The notes beneath the pieces were generated by a model. That model was not told the origin of the DNA and searched no databases. It was given only the letters and a program-made list of their open reading frames with translations. Position numbers and translations under genes: made by a program. From Heterodontus francisci (lineage: Eukaryota), in NCBI RefSeq assembly GCF_036365525.1, contig NC_090400.1, forward strand, positions 28,633,353-28,697,352: 64,000 nucleotides of DNA. Direction: 5' to 3'. Positions 61,170-64,000 of the stretch are shown here, piece by piece. Each line of letters opens with the position of its first letter. Position 1 is the stretch's first letter.

Positions 61170-62290
61170 AGAGCTGGAAGTAGGCAGCCTTTGTGATGGC
61201 GAGGATATGGTGTCAGAAACTCCGCTCAGGATCAAAAAGGATGCCAAGATAGCGAACCATCTAGTTCCACAGTGGCCGGAGGCGGGAGGTGGAATAGGTG
61301 GGGAGAGCATGGAGGTGTGGCGGGAGTACTGATGATAGTGTCTAATATTTAACTGGAGGAAATTGTAACTCATCCAAGACTGGGTGACGATAAACACACT
61401 GACAACAAAGGGGCAGTGGAGGAGGTCAAGGGGTGATGGAAAGGTGAAGCTGGGTGTTGATAGCGCAAGTGTGGAAGGTGATCCCGGTTGTTGGATGATG
61501 GTGACAAGAGGCAGCATGCAGATGAGGGAAAAGGAGGGAGCTAAGAATAGATCATGGTGGGGGGGGGGGGGGGTCTCCAGAGGTAGTGGTGCAGGGGTGG
61601 GAAGAGAAGCCATTGCTTGAGATGGTCTGGCTACAATTGGATGGGTAAGAATGGAACCTGGTGAGAGCATTCCTACTGAGCTGGACAACAGAGGAGAAGG
61701 GTTGGAGTAGAATGGTGCAATTAACTGTGTCAAATGACAGGTCTAGAGGATAAGGAGGAATAGTGCACCATGATCACAGTCACAGAGGATATCATATGTG
61801 ATTTTTCTAAGTTGCCATTTCAGTGCTGTAACGGAGCAGAAACCTGATTGGAGAGGTTCAAACATGGAGTTGTGGGAAAACTGGGCATAGTTGTGGGTGG
61901 TAACAGTACGTTCAAGGACTTTGAAGGGGAAAGGAAAGGATGAAAAGGTTGGAGATGGGATGGTAGGTTGCAAGGGCAGAACTGATGACCTTGGGTTTTA
62001 TGAGAAGAGTGAAGGTGGTATTGAAAGGGGGAGGAAGCCATTTGTACAGCTGTAACTAGCATGGGGACCAGAAAAGGACATTATGTGGTCAGCAGTTCAG
62101 GCAGAGAGCCGGGGGAGGATGGAAAAGATGGTCTCAGAGAAGGAATAAGAGGAGATAGGAGAGGTACTGGGGAAAGACGCAGTTTCAGGGTGAGGGCCAA
62201 AGGAAACCTTACAAGAGTTTTGGCTTGGCAAAAATTGGGAAGAGAGGTGCAGCAGAGACAGCTGAATGGACGGTCTCAATCTTGGTGGCA
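61170..62290 (-). mobile_element. Decayed L2 LINE RT region
   Basis: FEPLQSGF, ITYDILCDCDHGALFLLIL, WMSYNFLQLN motifs across frames. Confidence 0.85.
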
Positions 62291-62859
62291 TACAAGTCCA
62301 GACAGTACCATGGGAATGTTCTCCTGGTCATATTGCACTGGATAGCCACATATTAGGCCAAGATCCAGACATGCAGAGACCTGGCCTTACTTTGGGTCCT
62401 TGATGGATCCTTCAGCCTCCCAAAACAAGGCCAGTGGCTTAGGTGGTGGCAGGGCTGAGAATGGCAAGGACGTCCTTACAAAAGGGAACAGTGTGACCTT
62501 TTTTTCTTTCCAGAGGAGAGAACTGCCACAGTTAACCTGGATTCAGTGACCAACACTACAGTTTGCAGCTAGAGATAGCCTTTGGCAGGCAGGAGCTCCT
62601 GTTGCACACCTGATGGTGTAATTGTCTGGTACTGACATGCAAAGGAGAGAACCTCCCTTTGGTCCTGGACAGTCTGCCAGGGTCAGTGGTGGAGGTTCTC
62701 AATTCAAAGCATCTTGACACTAATGTAAGGATGCAAATTCCACAGGTTTTTCAGCATCTACTTAGGACAGCATACTCGGTTGAAATCTTTTTTTTGCTAT
62801 CTCAAATAGCTAATAGCTCCAGCGTTGGCTGCTGATGCTGAAGAAAGTTCTGTTTGGAA

Positions 62860-63600
62860 TCTTCTCCAACAGACAATGTAAGAAGACGCATCTTCCCCCA
62901 TAAGATACAGAGATGTTCTGCCATCTGCTGGCACCCACCTCTACTAGAAGCATGGCATTGTAAGTCAGTCACCATGGCATTCAACTTCCATAAGACTTTG
63001 AGGCGAGAAATGCACATAGGCTAGTTGGCTATCTTTCATTGTATTAAGCAGGTGATGGATGCATTGCTTGCATAAGCAGCACAGCTCATCCTTCCTATTG
63101 GGCCTAGCACATTAACATGAGAGGGTAGTCAACTTTCACCGAATGGTGGGATTTCTCTGGATGTCCGGTGCATTAGATCATATCCACATCACTAGTCATT
63201 ATTTGAGACATTTTTGAACTAGAGAAGATTTCATTCACTCAATGACCAGCTGACGTGTGATCCAATCCACTTTGTTTTACATGTCAATGCCCACTATTCA
63301 GACAGCTGGCATGGTGCTTTAATTATGTGCCAGTTAAACCTACCTGCACCGTTTGCTGGTAAGAGATCAGGGATCAGGTTTACCCTCTGCAGCACTGGCT
63401 CACAATCCAGTTGATTTCCTGACCATCTCAGCTCAACTTTAATACAACGAGCATGGTGCTATTTAGCAGACTATAGGTATTCTGAAGGCCTGCTTCAGGT
63501 GGTTTGAGTGATCTGGGGATGTGCTGTAGTGCAGTGCAGCCAAGGTCCCTCTGATGATCATTGTTTGCTGAATGCTGTAATTTTGCACTTTGATAAAGAT
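62860..63600 (+). pseudogene. Harbinger/PIF (HARBI1-like) DDE transposase fossil
   Basis: Hand translation across stops: GFLWMSGALDHIHI (63134-63190), N*RRFHSLNDQLTCD, VNAHYSDSWHGALI, DQ.YPLQHWL, I*QTIGILKACFR..SGDVL..KVPLMIIVC. This is the ordered Harbinger motif series. Confidence 0.85.
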
Positions 63601-64000
63601 TCTACATTGAGGCACTGGAGATGGAAGGAGATGAAGAAGGGTAGCTGGGTGAACAGGTATCCATGGCCAAGCTTCAGCCAAGGTCACTGAGTAGAATCTG
63701 TGACAAGGTGCCTGACATCCCTCCTCCAGCACAGAAGTGAGCTCCTAATAGAGGTGACAAATAGCATTTGGGAGCCCATTGACATTGAAATGAAGTTGAC
63801 CGGGAAAATAGAGCAGTGGCGCAATGGTGGGAGGAAATGCAGTCCTGACAGTCAATCTACCACGGACTAAAATTCATGTCTGAGCAGCTATGCTGCCAAG
63901 CCTTTATGTTATTTAATTAATGGTTTATGTTTACTGTTGGAAATAAATTTGTGCAATAGTGCCATAAGCTTTGTTGTAAAGGTTACTGTAAACTAAATTA

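Noticed and set aside
60873-61733. 286-aa minus-strand ORF
   Set aside because: Chimera of frameshifted L2 RT and flanking DNA.
60316-64000. Next CALN1 exon (DGQVDF...)
   Set aside because: Not found in the window; presumably further downstream.

Overview
Eukaryotic (vertebrate) genomic DNA, most likely a shark or other cartilaginous fish, judged from an HE1-type V-SINE, Deu-domain SINEs and the CR1/L2/Penelope repertoire. The only host gene is the 5' part of calneuron-1 (CALN1/CABP8) on the + strand. It has a CpG-rich 5' region at about 21.9-22.9 kb, the ATG exon (23023-23147), a 37,024-bp intron and the EF-hand exon (60172-60315); the rest of the gene lies beyond the window. Most of the remainder is nested, decayed transposons: several CR1 families, L2, a Tx1 tail, Penelope (RT plus GIY-YIG), two deleted Gypsy elements, solo LTRs, hAT and Harbinger MITEs, and Harbinger transposase fossils. 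Nearly all ORFs in the track are TE fragments or spurious. The most interesting observations are an apparently ORF1-less LINE with a tRNA-derived Pol III head and its internally deleted derivative, minimal hammerhead-like motifs in Penelope tails, a predicted N-terminally extended CALN1 isoform, TE-borne poison splice sites next to the EF-hand exon, and LTRs with an embedded PBS-like motif. All alignments were done by eye; TE boundaries without TSDs are approximate.
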